64,000 bases of DNA, taken from a virus. Its lineage: Duplodnaviria > Caudoviricetes. The translations under genes were made by a program, and so were the position numbers. Positions 51,857-61,375 of the stretch are shown in pieces. Every line of letters starts with the position of its first letter. Position 1 is the first letter of the stretch. Location of the stretch: the IMG/VR virus record IMGVR_UViG_3300032092_000001; one strand, given 5' to 3'. The notes beneath the pieces are model-generated. The model was given only the letters and a program-made list of their open reading frames with translations. It did not search any database and was not told where the DNA came from.

Positions 51857-53818
51857 TTACTTCTTATCATTAGATGTAAAGTTCAAGGCTTTCTTAAACT
51901 CATCTTGGAGGTCGGGTCTACTTTTAAGTGCCGCAGCAACTCTCTCTCCAATAATATTTGCTTCACTTATTGTAATATTTTTACTTGTAGATGAATCAAC
52001 AACAACTTTTAGAGTAATCTCACCACCAACAGTTGATTCGGTTTTATTAGTTAAGGTAGTGTTATTATTCTGAATGATATTTTTATTTTCAGGTTCAGTA
52101 ATAACTGGTTTATTAACCTTTTGATTAACTAAGTTAGTTCCTCCAATTATTAAATCGTCTTGTTTGAATTTTTGAATTTTACCACCAGGTCTCCAAATAA
52201 AGTCCTCAGCCTCCCCAGCATTACCAAAAAAATCAGTAATAGTTTGTTTAAGAGTTTCAGGTAGATTTTTCATTAATGTCTCCATTAATGGTGTTGCAAT
52301 TTGTGCTCCAATAACTTTACCAAATTCTCCAGGTAAATTTTTAAACTCCTCAGCGGCCTTTTTAAATTCCCCATCACTCATTAATTCAGAAATTTTAATC
52401 AAAGAATCCGTAACAGGGGTAATTGTTTTTGACAAATTATCAAATTTATTTGCCGACAAAAATGACTCTAATTGTTTTTGATTAATTTCAAATGATTTTT
52501 GTAGTAAATCCTCACCTCCTTTACCACCAGCAACCGCCAACTGAGGCGCCATTTGTAATGCAGATAATTTAGCAATCATAGTGTCAGCTCTACCTAATTG
52601 TTCTTTAGCCAAATCAACCATCTGTTTTTGGGGGTCATCACTTACCGTTTCAGTTTGTTTTTGTAAATATTCCTTTAAACTTACTTCCTGCTCATCAGTT
52701 AAATTTTTTAATTCTTCTAATGTTTTTGTTATAGTCGTACCATCCTTATCTTTAAATTCAATTTGATATTTACCACCTTTTAAATTTGCCAAATTAGTAA
52801 TTTGTTCTTGTTGTTCTTTATTAAAATCAAGCCCATCAAAACTAATTTCAGACATTTTCTTTTTTAGTTTTGCACCTTCAATACCCATCTTAGTTAGAGT
52901 CTCAACACTAACCCCTAAACTATCACTTACCGCTTTCAATTCTCTTCTTGCGCCTGGCATAATTTGAAATGACTTAGTTTCTTCGTTAAAGAAAGTATAT
53001 TTTTCAACAAGTTTTCCAAGTTGATTTTGTAATTCGGGTACATTATTTTGAGCCAAATCCATTAATCTTAATGGACTAGCCAATTGACTTGTTGCGCCAC
53101 CTAATCTTTGTAATGCGGATGCAACTTCAATTGCATTTTCAGGACTTAATAACTTATCCGCCAAACTAAATGTTTCAGACATGTCAATTCTAAACATTGC
53201 TGCTTTAGCAGCCATTTTAGCCAATCCATCAACACCATCTTTAAAAGTAAATTTATTTAATTTATCTAAGTTTGACAATACCATTGAAGATACCGCCTGA
53301 GAACTAATCCCCATAGAATTTGCGGTTTTTTGGACTCGTAACATATTTTCAGCAATGTTATCAGCCTCATATCCCGCATCTAAGAAACCTGTTACTAATG
53401 CATCTGCAGCTTGTCCCGTAACTTTAGAAGTCGCATATAGTGATTTTGCAATATCCGCATTTAATAACGCGGCTCTATTTGTAACATTTAAATAATCTTC
53501 CTGTATTTTAACCGCATCTTCAAATTTACCTCCCATCAAAATTATTTCCTCAGTAGTCTTTGCAAAGTTTTCTTTCATCAAAGAAGACATTTGTTCTCCA
53601 ACACCCATCTTTTGTGCTAATTTTGCAAAAGTTTGGTCCATCTCTATGACAAATTTTAAAGAGTCATTTAGTCCTGAAGCTAATGCGGATGCACCAGCTG
53701 TTGGAATCATACTTTTTAAAATTTTATCTAAATCGGTCAGACCTTCCTGTGTAGGGTCAAGAGTTTTTATCACATCTTTACCCACACCTAATACTTTTTT
53801 AATTCCTTCTCCAGCCAT
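51857..53818 (-). CDS. Tape measure protein
   Basis: Ala/Lys/Met/Gln-rich helical composition; position after the tube and chaperone genes. Confidence 0.8.
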   Translation of the reverse strand: MAGEGIKKVLGVGKDVIKTLDPTQEGLTDLDKILKSMIPTAGASALASGLNDSLKFVIEMDQTFAKLAQKMGVGEQMSSLMKENFAKTTEEIILMGGKFEDAVKIQEDYLNVTNRAALLNADIAKSLYATSKVTGQAADALVTGFLDAGYEADNIAENMLRVQKTANSMGISSQAVSSMVLSNLDKLNKFTFKDGVDGLAKMAAKAAMFRIDMSETFSLADKLLSPENAIEVASALQRLGGATSQLASPLRLMDLAQNNVPELQNQLGKLVEKYTFFNEETKSFQIMPGARRELKAVSDSLGVSVETLTKMGIEGAKLKKKMSEISFDGLDFNKEQQEQITNLANLKGGKYQIEFKDKDGTTITKTLEELKNLTDEQEVSLKEYLQKQTETVSDDPQKQMVDLAKEQLGRADTMIAKLSALQMAPQLAVAGGKGGEDLLQKSFEINQKQLESFLSANKFDNLSKTITPVTDSLIKISELMSDGEFKKAAEEFKNLPGEFGKVIGAQIATPLMETLMKNLPETLKQTITDFFGNAGEAEDFIWRPGGKIQKFKQDDLIIGGTNLVNQKVNKPVITEPENKNIIQNNNTTLTNKTESTVGGEITLKVVVDSSTSKNITISEANIIGERVAAALKSRPDLQDEFKKALNFTSNDKK

Positions 53819-53822
53819 AACT

Positions 53823-53829
53823 ATAAATA
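53823..53829 (-). promoter_or_regulatory. TATTTAT element (putative late promoter)
   Basis: 4 nt before ATG at 53818. Confidence 0.6.
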
Positions 53830-53836
53830 ACTAAAA

Positions 53837-53995
53837 TTACGTTTTTGGAGTGTTAAATTCTACAATTTTATTTAAAAGGTATTTTCTTTGGAACGTTGGT
53901 ATTACCATAAAATCACTATATGATGTCCCTAAAAAATGGGCCATAGTATAGTAATCATCCATTAAAATTGTTGCGTGATTAGAAGAAAGGGCGAA
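53837..53995 (-). CDS. Uncalled tail chaperone extension (gpT / T4 gp51-like), +1 frame of the upstream chaperone
   Basis: Manual translation FALSSNHATILMDDYYTMAHFLGTSYSDFMVIPTFQRKYLLNKIVEFNTPKT*; internal ATG at 53962. Confidence 0.7.
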   Translation of the reverse strand, partial: FALSSNHATILMDDYYTMAHFLGTSYSDFMVIPTFQRKYLLNKIVEFNTPKT

Positions 53996-54758
53996 AAAAC
54001 TCCACCCCAAAAGATATTCTAACGAATACTCTTTCTCCGGACGGGGCGATAATTTCTTTTCTTAAATCAAGACCTGGCTCATTTTTAGATATAAAATTAG
54101 AAATATATTTAGAGTCAGCGATTGGCATTTTATTTATAAATTTTGAAATTTCTTCTTTGGAGTTTTGACCGTCAATTTCAACAATCTGTTTCATTAATCT
54201 CCACGTTACTTTAGGGGCAACCATACCTCTAGGATATTCATCTTCCATTTTTTGGAGTTCCATGATTTCACCGTAAGTTAATAATTTAAGTTTAACTTTA
54301 GAATTTGTTTTCGGTAACACGGTTTCAAAAAGACCATCGGAATTAGGTTCAACCTCTAATTTTACAAAATTTAACTCTTCTAAATTAATCGTAGTATTAA
54401 ACTCTTTATTAGACTTAGGGTCAACTAAAGATAGTTCATATTCAGTACCAAATGATGTGTTTCTTAAAAAGACTAAGATTGCCTGCATATCACCTTCTAA
54501 CATATCATCAATTTTTATGTCAGGTTCATACATTTTTGAACGAATAAGATTTTTAATCATCTCAGTCGCCCCAATATTAGATGCACTTGCAATAACATTT
54601 TCATCTGCAGCAGTTAAATAACCAACTTTAACTGATTTTTTTTTGTTTTTATAGAAAATACCTTGACTTGGTAACTGAACCACGTCATGAGGTAAATTAA
54701 AATTTTCTTGTCCGGCAATTCTTTCGTCCATAATTAAATTAGTTTTTGTTAAAAACAA
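53979..54758 (-). CDS. Tail assembly chaperone / baseplate hub assembly protein (T4 gp26-like); likely start 54731
   Basis: LPSQGIFY...YLTAADE...DMQAILVFLR; ends GVEFFRPFF; between tube and tape measure genes. Confidence 0.8.
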   Translation of the reverse strand: MFLTKTNLIMDERIAGQENFNLPHDVVQLPSQGIFYKNKKKSVKVGYLTAADENVIASASNIGATEMIKNLIRSKMYEPDIKIDDMLEGDMQAILVFLRNTSFGTEYELSLVDPKSNKEFNTTINLEELNFVKLEVEPNSDGLFETVLPKTNSKVKLKLLTYGEIMELQKMEDEYPRGMVAPKVTWRLMKQIVEIDGQNSKEEISKFINKMPIADSKYISNFISKNEPGLDLRKEIIAPSGERVFVRISFGVEFFRPFF

Positions 54759-54783
54759 TAATCATTATAATAACTATGTAAAT

Positions 54784-54808
54784 AAAAAACCCACATAAAG
54801 TGGGTTTT
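54784..54808 (-). terminator. Intrinsic terminator after the tail tube gene
   Basis: AAAACCCAC-5 nt loop-GTGGGTTTT with T-tract. Confidence 0.8.
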
Positions 54809-54831
54809 GAAAAAAAATAATATGTAAAAAA

Positions 54832-55320
54832 TTAGTATAACAATACACAATAATCAGGACGAAGTGTAACTGTAATATTAGCCAATCCATCTTCACCATA
54901 ACCTAAAGAACCAAAATCAACATCCGTTAAGAAAGTGTCAACTAATTGCCATTTTTCAATAACAACACCTGTTGGGTCTAACATGTCTAACTCAATAGTC
55001 TTTTTATAACCCGCAGCATATCCCATACGTCCTGTTACAGACTCAGCGTGTAAACGAACCCATTCCATCAATGCTTGAGCGGCAGAAGGTCCAATTGGGT
55101 CACGGAAAGTAACACTTATTGTTCCCCATGTATACTTACCAGCAACATACTTTTCAGTATTTAAGAACGGTATTGCAGTTGAACCGATTGTAATTTTTGG
55201 TCTACTTGTAGATTCAACAAACCATTCGTTGATACCTAATTCTGAAGGGAATCTTAAAATGAACCTGTTTTTTCTTTTGGGCTCATAAGGTATCGGCATT
55301 TTCATTAATAAATCAGCCAT
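54832..55320 (-). CDS. Tail tube protein, T4 gp19-like
   Basis: EPKRKNRFILRF...RPK...YVAGKYTWGTISVTFRD...LDPTGVVIEKWQL. Confidence 0.9.
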   Translation of the reverse strand: MADLLMKMPIPYEPKRKNRFILRFPSELGINEWFVESTSRPKITIGSTAIPFLNTEKYVAGKYTWGTISVTFRDPIGPSAAQALMEWVRLHAESVTGRMGYAAGYKKTIELDMLDPTGVVIEKWQLVDTFLTDVDFGSLGYGEDGLANITVTLRPDYCVLLY

Positions 55321-55352
55321 ATTTTTTTCTTTTTAATTTCTTTTAGTTTATT

Positions 55353-55359
55353 ATAAATA
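55353..55359 (-). promoter_or_regulatory. TATTTAT element (putative late promoter)
   Basis: 32 nt before the tube ATG. Confidence 0.5.
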
Positions 55360-55430
55360 GTACCAAAATAAAATTTTTCTATTTACTTTGGATTTTTTTA
55401 TGTCAAATTTGCAATAAGACCAGTTATTAA

Positions 55431-56246
55431 TTAATAATCTTTCTTAACTCCTCCATGAGTTGAAATTGTTTTAATAATATTTTCTGGGTCTTTTCCTAAT
55501 TCTGTTTTAACTTTCTCTAAATTTCTTAAATCGTCATCTGAAAATCCTATTTGTGGTATAAAACGGTTAGAAATGTCATTTTTAAACATTCCAGGTTTTT
55601 GTAATTGTTTTGCCAAATATTTTACGTATTGTTGAAACTCTTTTAAAGCCTCAACCTTTCCTTTTTCAGGACTTTGTGCTGAACCGGCTCCGAATGTTAC
55701 AGGATAGTACTTATTCATATCCATATATGTCTCAATTAATTCACTGTCTGACATATCCTCTTCACCAGCAATATCTCTAAACTTTCTAAGGTTTTTAACC
55801 AATTCTTTTTTGGAAATCCCTTTGAAGTTTGTATTAATCATATTTTCAATTGCTCTCCTAATAACAAGTGGAGAGTGTCCTCTTGCAGTTACTATAGAGA
55901 ATATTGAACCTCCATTAATCGCTTCCACAAAGTCTCCCCATGCTGGACCTGGTTCAGCTAACATTGAATCAACTATAAATCTCTTATCACCTTTAGTTGA
56001 GAAGTATCTAAATGGGTCCTCAGCAAACCCAACAATCTGTTTTCCCTTATAGTCAAATGGTTTAACTCCAATATTAACTCTATATTCTGCAAAATCCTCT
56101 GTAGACATCCCAACCTCTTCACCATTTTCGTCTTTTAAAATGATTTTAGTCGGCATCATCATAATATTATCGTCCCAATCAAATGCATAATATTTTAATT
56201 CAGGAGTAATCTCTTCTTTAAAATTTTCAACTAAATAAACTTTCAT
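55431..56246 (-). CDS. HAD-superfamily phosphatase-like protein
   Basis: Motif I AFDWDDN, motif II IVTARG, motif IV GFSDDD. Confidence 0.7.
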   Translation of the reverse strand: MKVYLVENFKEEITPELKYYAFDWDDNIMMMPTKIILKDENGEEVGMSTEDFAEYRVNIGVKPFDYKGKQIVGFAEDPFRYFSTKGDKRFIVDSMLAEPGPAWGDFVEAINGGSIFSIVTARGHSPLVIRRAIENMINTNFKGISKKELVKNLRKFRDIAGEEDMSDSELIETYMDMNKYYPVTFGAGSAQSPEKGKVEALKEFQQYVKYLAKQLQKPGMFKNDISNRFIPQIGFSDDDLRNLEKVKTELGKDPENIIKTISTHGGVKKDY

Positions 56247-56251
56247 ATAAC

Positions 56252-56258
56252 ATAAATA
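56252..56258 (-). promoter_or_regulatory. TATTTAT element (putative late promoter; second copy 56263-56269)
   Basis: 5 nt before ATG at 56246. Confidence 0.6.
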
Positions 56259-56267
56259 TCATATAAA

Positions 56268-56298
56268 TAAAAAACCCCCACATATCTGTGAGGGTTTT
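56268..56298 (-). terminator. Intrinsic terminator after the tail sheath gene
   Basis: Minus strand AAAACCCTCACA-GATA-TGTGGGGGTTTTTT (U-G wobble). Confidence 0.8.
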
Positions 56299-56316
56299 AA
56301 AATTATTTACTCTTAA

Positions 56317-59300
56317 TTAGATATCTTCAAATGAAGCCCCTGTTGGAGTAATTAAGAATTCAATGTCAATAAATTCTAACGCTTTAGTTGGTTTGATATA
56401 AATCTTACCTACTAATTGATTAGCATCTAAGTCCTCAGGACTATTAGAAACTGTTACACGGAAATCGTATAAACCTCTATCTCTACGAATAGCGTCTAAG
56501 ATAGGATTAACTTGACTCAAGAACTGTTGTCTAACTAAGTTATCGTTTTGCTCAAACAATAATCTTACAGCCACCGCTGAAATCAACTTACGAGCTTGTA
56601 ATAACAATCTTCTAACGTTAATTCTGTCAAGAGCTGACTCTCTAACTTGAAGTGTTTTATTACCCCAAATTACAGTTCCAACGTCGTTGAAAGTTGCGAT
56701 TGGGTTAATTCTACCTTTGTAAAGAGTATCTCTATCTTCTTGAGTTAATCTCTTACGAGCTCTGATGGCATTTACCAAACCTCTTGTGTAACCCGCAGTT
56801 GCGAACCATGGGAAGGCAATGTTATCTGTTAATGCTAAGTTTCTTGTTACCTCAGCAGTTGCTGGTAAGTAAATTTGTGTATTGTTAACAGTATCACGAG
56901 TCAACACCCAAGGGTAGTAAGTTGCTGTGTAGTTAGAGTCAATTCCAGTCTCTTCTAACGCATCTACCGCTTCTTGAGGATAAATTAAGTTATCCATAGA
57001 TGTTGATGATTGTAACAAATTAAAGTCAGGTGCAGTTACGATGTAAACTGAGTCAGCTCTTTCATTCTCAATCATATTGATACTTTCCTCAACCAATCCA
57101 CTATTATTAACATAATCAATACCAGGTGTTACAAACACGTTAATGTTAGTTACCTCAGGGTTTGCAAATGTTCTAATACCCATTAAGTATGCGTAATAGT
57201 CAGAGTTACCGTATTCAATACTTCCATCCTCAACCGCAATTTTCTTAAAGTTACCTTGGCCTGTTGATGTTGGATATGGGTCAACTCCTGCGCAGAATCC
57301 AGCTTTAAATCCTGATTGTCCCAATGCATATGTGTCACCATTTGTACGTCTTTCTTCATAGATATCCCATCCATCAAATCCGCCCTGAACTAATAAAGTA
57401 AACTTACGTGCGAACAATCTGTAATATGGATTCTCAGTGTCAGTTGGTTCACTTGAGAATGACGCCACACCACAATCAAATGCTTGATTACCTGTTGATG
57501 CAGTATAGACTGCTGATGAGATTGTGATTGCAGTTGCCCCGCTATCCATGTGGAAACCTCTAGTTAATCTTGGCCAGTTGTCGTAAGAACCTTCTTCACA
57601 GATATCACCTACAGGTCTAACTTTTCCTTTATATTCATAGAAATCGTTATCCACACCTATTGAAGTTGAAATACCTAAGTAAGTTCTTCTTACGTTGTCT
57701 CCTGCTGCTGGTAATGCATCATCACCTCCCGCAAGTGAACCAAATGGTGGGTTGTAAATAATTTCACCAGGTGTGTTATATTTTGTCTTAATAACAGGAA
57801 ACGCAGATGAGTTGGATAATACACCATAAACTCTTGTAACAAAACCTTCAAAACCACAAGGTAATGCGTCTATCGGAGCTTCGTAATTAACTTCAACCAT
57901 TACAAGTTTTGATTTAATCTCAAACTCACCATCTGAAGTACCAATTTTCTTAGCCACATAATTGTTAAGACTTGGGTCCATAGAACAATTAGTGAACTTC
58001 TCAAGTACTACAGGATTAGAATCTGTATCGTAAAAATCTCTAACAATTACGTCAAATGTTTGGTTAACGAATGACATGTTAGCTAAAGATACTTTAACTT
58101 GTCTGTTTGCAGCGTTACCATCAGATATTGTTGTAAATTTGAATAGTCTGTAAACAACGTTACCACGTAATTCAGAAACAACCCATGGAGACTCAGGTGT
58201 TTGATATCTTTGTAGATAAAAACCTGTTGTTGCAAAACCAGTATTCAAAGAATTTCTTGAGTCACCTAAACCAACGATATTACTATTAATACCTCTAACA
58301 TAACCTTTGTTATATCCATAAGATAATAAAGTATCATATCTTTCCTCTAAGAATAATGGAACTTCAGTTCTTTCTTTTGCAAAGTTTTCAGTTCCAAACA
58401 CACTTGCCAAATAATTTGACTGAGATGTTAAGAATGAAGTTTCAAACTCAAAAGAACTACTATCAACAGTAATACCTGAAACTTTAAATGTTGCATATGG
58501 GTTCTTTGTAATTGCCGAATACGCAGTTCCTGAACCTAATAAGGATACGTCGGTAGTACCTGTTACTTGGTATTGTTGTCCGTCTAAAGTTGTTGAATAT
58601 TGTGTAATACCTCTTGAACGTAAAGTTGCAACAACTAAGTTAGTGTAATCACTGTAAGATGTACCTGTCAAAGTATAGTAAGTACCTGAAACAGTACCTG
58701 TATAAGTTCCTGCAGTAGCACCTGTTACTAAATTTGTAACTACACTATAGAAAGAGTATCCTGTATATGCACTTGTTTGTAGAACACCATTCATTGTTGG
58801 GTCAAATGCCGAGTAGAACCAAGCATCGTTATTACGAGAACTTAAACTTGCCCCTGATAAAGACTCGACACCATATACGTTAGTTCTATTTGTGTACGAA
58901 CTTAATGCTGAATAATTAGCTCCAGGTATTGAACCGAAATAATCAATTGTTGTTGCTGAATTTGCAGGTGTTGTAAAAATACCTGACAACATTGTTGTTA
59001 AATCAGTTTTGATTGTTGAAGTACCCTTGTTAAATGTTGTATAAGTTGACGTAAATACATTATACATTGGTGATGCCGTCCATGACGCAATATTTGTATA
59101 GTTAACAGTACCACCTGTATTACCTGAGAATTGTAAAGTATATACTGTTGGTTGTCCTGTACTTCCTGAAAATCCTATAGTATCAGGGTTAACGTTTGCA
59201 ATTGTTTTGATGGACCAAGATGGACCTGCATCATAACCATTAAGACCTAATATTCTTGTAACAAACAATTGGTTAGATTGTTGTAAATAAGACTTTGCGA

Positions 59301-59538
59301 TATACGCCGCCTCGTATTTAGGAATTTGTGTATTCACAAATTTTTCAGGTGTAGTACCACCGAAGTATGTTTGAAACTCGTCATAACTACCAATAAAGAT
59401 AGGTTCAAAAGCAGGACCTTTTAAAGTTTCACCAACAATACCTAAAGTTGTAACACCAACACTTTGTGAAACAAATGATAAATCGGTCTCGGATGTGTAT
59501 ACACCCGGAGAAACGAATACTTTGTTTGCTGTTGCCAT
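56317..59538 (-). CDS. Tail sheath protein, T4 gp18-like, with large insertion
   Basis: VSPGVYTSETDLS; YYPWV; PWFATAGYTRG; LYKGRINPI...WGNKTL...RINVRRLL; KALEFI. Confidence 0.95.
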   Translation of the reverse strand: MATANKVFVSPGVYTSETDLSFVSQSVGVTTLGIVGETLKGPAFEPIFIGSYDEFQTYFGGTTPEKFVNTQIPKYEAAYIAKSYLQQSNQLFVTRILGLNGYDAGPSWSIKTIANVNPDTIGFSGSTGQPTVYTLQFSGNTGGTVNYTNIASWTASPMYNVFTSTYTTFNKGTSTIKTDLTTMLSGIFTTPANSATTIDYFGSIPGANYSALSSYTNRTNVYGVESLSGASLSSRNNDAWFYSAFDPTMNGVLQTSAYTGYSFYSVVTNLVTGATAGTYTGTVSGTYYTLTGTSYSDYTNLVVATLRSRGITQYSTTLDGQQYQVTGTTDVSLLGSGTAYSAITKNPYATFKVSGITVDSSSFEFETSFLTSQSNYLASVFGTENFAKERTEVPLFLEERYDTLLSYGYNKGYVRGINSNIVGLGDSRNSLNTGFATTGFYLQRYQTPESPWVVSELRGNVVYRLFKFTTISDGNAANRQVKVSLANMSFVNQTFDVIVRDFYDTDSNPVVLEKFTNCSMDPSLNNYVAKKIGTSDGEFEIKSKLVMVEVNYEAPIDALPCGFEGFVTRVYGVLSNSSAFPVIKTKYNTPGEIIYNPPFGSLAGGDDALPAAGDNVRRTYLGISTSIGVDNDFYEYKGKVRPVGDICEEGSYDNWPRLTRGFHMDSGATAITISSAVYTASTGNQAFDCGVASFSSEPTDTENPYYRLFARKFTLLVQGGFDGWDIYEERRTNGDTYALGQSGFKAGFCAGVDPYPTSTGQGNFKKIAVEDGSIEYGNSDYYAYLMGIRTFANPEVTNINVFVTPGIDYVNNSGLVEESINMIENERADSVYIVTAPDFNLLQSSTSMDNLIYPQEAVDALEETGIDSNYTATYYPWVLTRDTVNNTQIYLPATAEVTRNLALTDNIAFPWFATAGYTRGLVNAIRARKRLTQEDRDTLYKGRINPIATFNDVGTVIWGNKTLQVRESALDRINVRRLLLQARKLISAVAVRLLFEQNDNLVRQQFLSQVNPILDAIRRDRGLYDFRVTVSNSPEDLDANQLVGKIYIKPTKALEFIDIEFLITPTGASFEDI

Positions 59539-59572
59539 TTATTTTTTGATGTTTTTAAAAATTTATTTATTC

Positions 59573-59579
59573 ATAAATA
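59573..59579 (-). promoter_or_regulatory. TATTTAT element (putative late promoter)
   Basis: 34 nt before the sheath ATG. Confidence 0.5.
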
Positions 59580-59615
59580 TTATCGTTTTTTCCAAAAACT
59601 TATTGTTTTTTAAAC

Positions 59616-59622
59616 TATTTAT
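59616..59622 (+). promoter_or_regulatory. TATTTAT element, divergent copy upstream of the RHH-like ORF
   Basis: 35 nt before ATG at 59658. Confidence 0.45.
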
Positions 59623-59635
59623 CAGGAAGTATGAT

Positions 59636-59657
59636 TTAATTCTGCCTTAATTCTGCC
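59636..59657 (+). repeat. 11-bp tandem direct repeat TTAATTCTGCC x2 (possible operator)
   Basis: Exact repeat directly abutting the ATG at 59658. Confidence 0.8.
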
Positions 59658-59807
59658 ATGAAAATCAAGAACTTAAAAATATCTGAAGACAGTCATTCAA
59701 TACTTAAAAAGTATTGCATGAAGAATGGATTGAAAATTCATAAATTTTTAGAAAAGTTAATTGAAGATAATTGTCAGGAAAAAAAGGATATATACGGAGA
59801 ACGTTAA
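59658..59807 (+). CDS. Uncalled 49-aa ribbon-helix-helix-like DNA-binding protein
   Basis: Manual translation MKIKNLKISEDSHSILKKYCMKNGLKIHKFLEKLIEDNCQEKKDIYGER*; strand-helix-G-helix pattern. Confidence 0.7.
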   Translation: MKIKNLKISEDSHSILKKYCMKNGLKIHKFLEKLIEDNCQEKKDIYGER

Positions 59808-60859
59808 AGTAATATTGATGTAAACTCAAAATTTGATTCCAATGAACCGTTATCTTTTACAATTTCAATCCTAAGGGTGTCATTAGAGTTCAATTGTATT
59901 TTACCTGTCAAAAACTGAGATATATTGTTACCGTAATATAGATTGTTAATATACACTTCATATGACGCAATATTATCAGAACTATTTAAAGTTAAGTTAG
60001 TATTATATTCAAAAGTCTTACTATAAGTTGTGGTCCCAACAGGGTAAGAAAATGTTAATGGAATACTGTCAGGATTTTTAGGAAACTTATTTATTTTCTT
60101 AGGTTTTTTTTGAGATTGGGTTTCAACTAACATTAATACTCTACTAATTGCGGGTTTCACTTCAAACTCGTTCTCATCTATCAAAAATCCTTGTAATGTA
60201 AATCCATATGATTGAATATAATATCTTCGTTTTTCTAAATCCATTACTGATTCATCAGATATATCATCTAATTGGATTGGGATATAGTGTCCTTTTATTT
60301 GTGTATACGCTTGCCTTGATGCGAACTTTTCAATCACAGTTTGATTAAATAAATTCAACTCCCTCATACGGTTACAAATTATTTTAACCGTATATTTTAT
60401 ATCAACAGGGACAGGTTGTGGGATTGTGTAAATGTCTAAACCCTTTCTTGTTCCGTCCCAAGTAGGTACCGCTGCGTAGTAATATTGTTTTCTATTCGGT
60501 ATGTTATACCTAAGAGAAGGAATTGTCCCAAATTTAACTTCAGGTTGTCTAATTGTAGTAATGAATGGAGGTTTAGAATTTTTATCTAAGTCATTGAAAT
60601 CCCAAGTTTGTGTAAACTGAGCCCAGTTTTGAGATGTTAATAAAATATTAACAACAGGAATTACTTTACCATTTATTGTGGTTTTTAAATCTTCTTTCAC
60701 AAAATTTAGAAATCCCCCATCTAAATCTTCATGTAATAATGATTTAGGTAAAAATGTACCATTGTCGTTAATATCATCAAGTAACTGATATCTACGAGCC
60801 AACCCTGTTTTTTCAGGTGTTAAATTAATGTTCTTTTTTATTTTTTTAGGTAACGCCAT
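59804..60859 (-). CDS. Tail completion / terminator protein, T4 gp15-like
   Basis: PQPVPVDIKYTVKII...ELNLFNQ...YIQSYGFTLQGF; next to the neck gene, upstream of the sheath. Confidence 0.65.
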   Translation of the reverse strand: MALPKKIKKNINLTPEKTGLARRYQLLDDINDNGTFLPKSLLHEDLDGGFLNFVKEDLKTTINGKVIPVVNILLTSQNWAQFTQTWDFNDLDKNSKPPFITTIRQPEVKFGTIPSLRYNIPNRKQYYYAAVPTWDGTRKGLDIYTIPQPVPVDIKYTVKIICNRMRELNLFNQTVIEKFASRQAYTQIKGHYIPIQLDDISDESVMDLEKRRYYIQSYGFTLQGFLIDENEFEVKPAISRVLMLVETQSQKKPKKINKFPKNPDSIPLTFSYPVGTTTYSKTFEYNTNLTLNSSDNIASYEVYINNLYYGNNISQFLTGKIQLNSNDTLRIEIVKDNGSLESNFEFTSILL

Positions 60860-61374
60860 TATAATCCTCTAAATTCATTTTCATTAACAGGAGACGCATT
60901 AATTGTCCTGTAAAATGGTTTATATCCACCATACGTATGTTTGTTATCGGAAACAACTCTACCATCATTATTCACAACATAATATCTAACTCTTGTCTCC
61001 GTCTCATAATACCCAATATAATCACCATACTCAATATCAATTTCCAATTCATCCAAGTGTGATTGATAAACCGATATTCTTAAATTACCTGGCTCAATTT
61101 GATTTATCTTACTATTACCTAAAAATTTATTTTCAGGTGCGACAATCTGCACAAATGCCCTAAATTCTATTGGTGGTAAAAATTTAATACCGTCATCTAA
61201 AGCTTCACCATAAACACTATCAATATTTGTTTTACCTTTATCAACACGGTATAAAACAAGTGTGAAGTTCATATCTCCCTCCAGCCATTCACGCCCCATA
61301 TTAACGTCTAAGTTAAAATCTTCAGCCCCAAAAAATTTTGATAATCTTGTTATTGGTACACTTCTATTTGACAT
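60859..61374 (-). CDS. Neck / head-closure protein, T4 gp14-like
   Basis: LYRVD...IDSVYGE...FLPPIEF...IEYGDYI; position next to the tail completion gene. Confidence 0.6.
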   Translation of the reverse strand: MSNRSVPITRLSKFFGAEDFNLDVNMGREWLEGDMNFTLVLYRVDKGKTNIDSVYGEALDDGIKFLPPIEFRAFVQIVAPENKFLGNSKINQIEPGNLRISVYQSHLDELEIDIEYGDYIGYYETETRVRYYVVNNDGRVVSDNKHTYGGYKPFYRTINASPVNENEFRGL

Positions 61375-61375
61375 A

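Noticed and set aside
55378-55411. TTGACA-based promoter upstream of the tail tube gene
   Set aside because: No acceptable -10 box at 16-18 nt spacing; TATTTAT at 55353 is the better candidate
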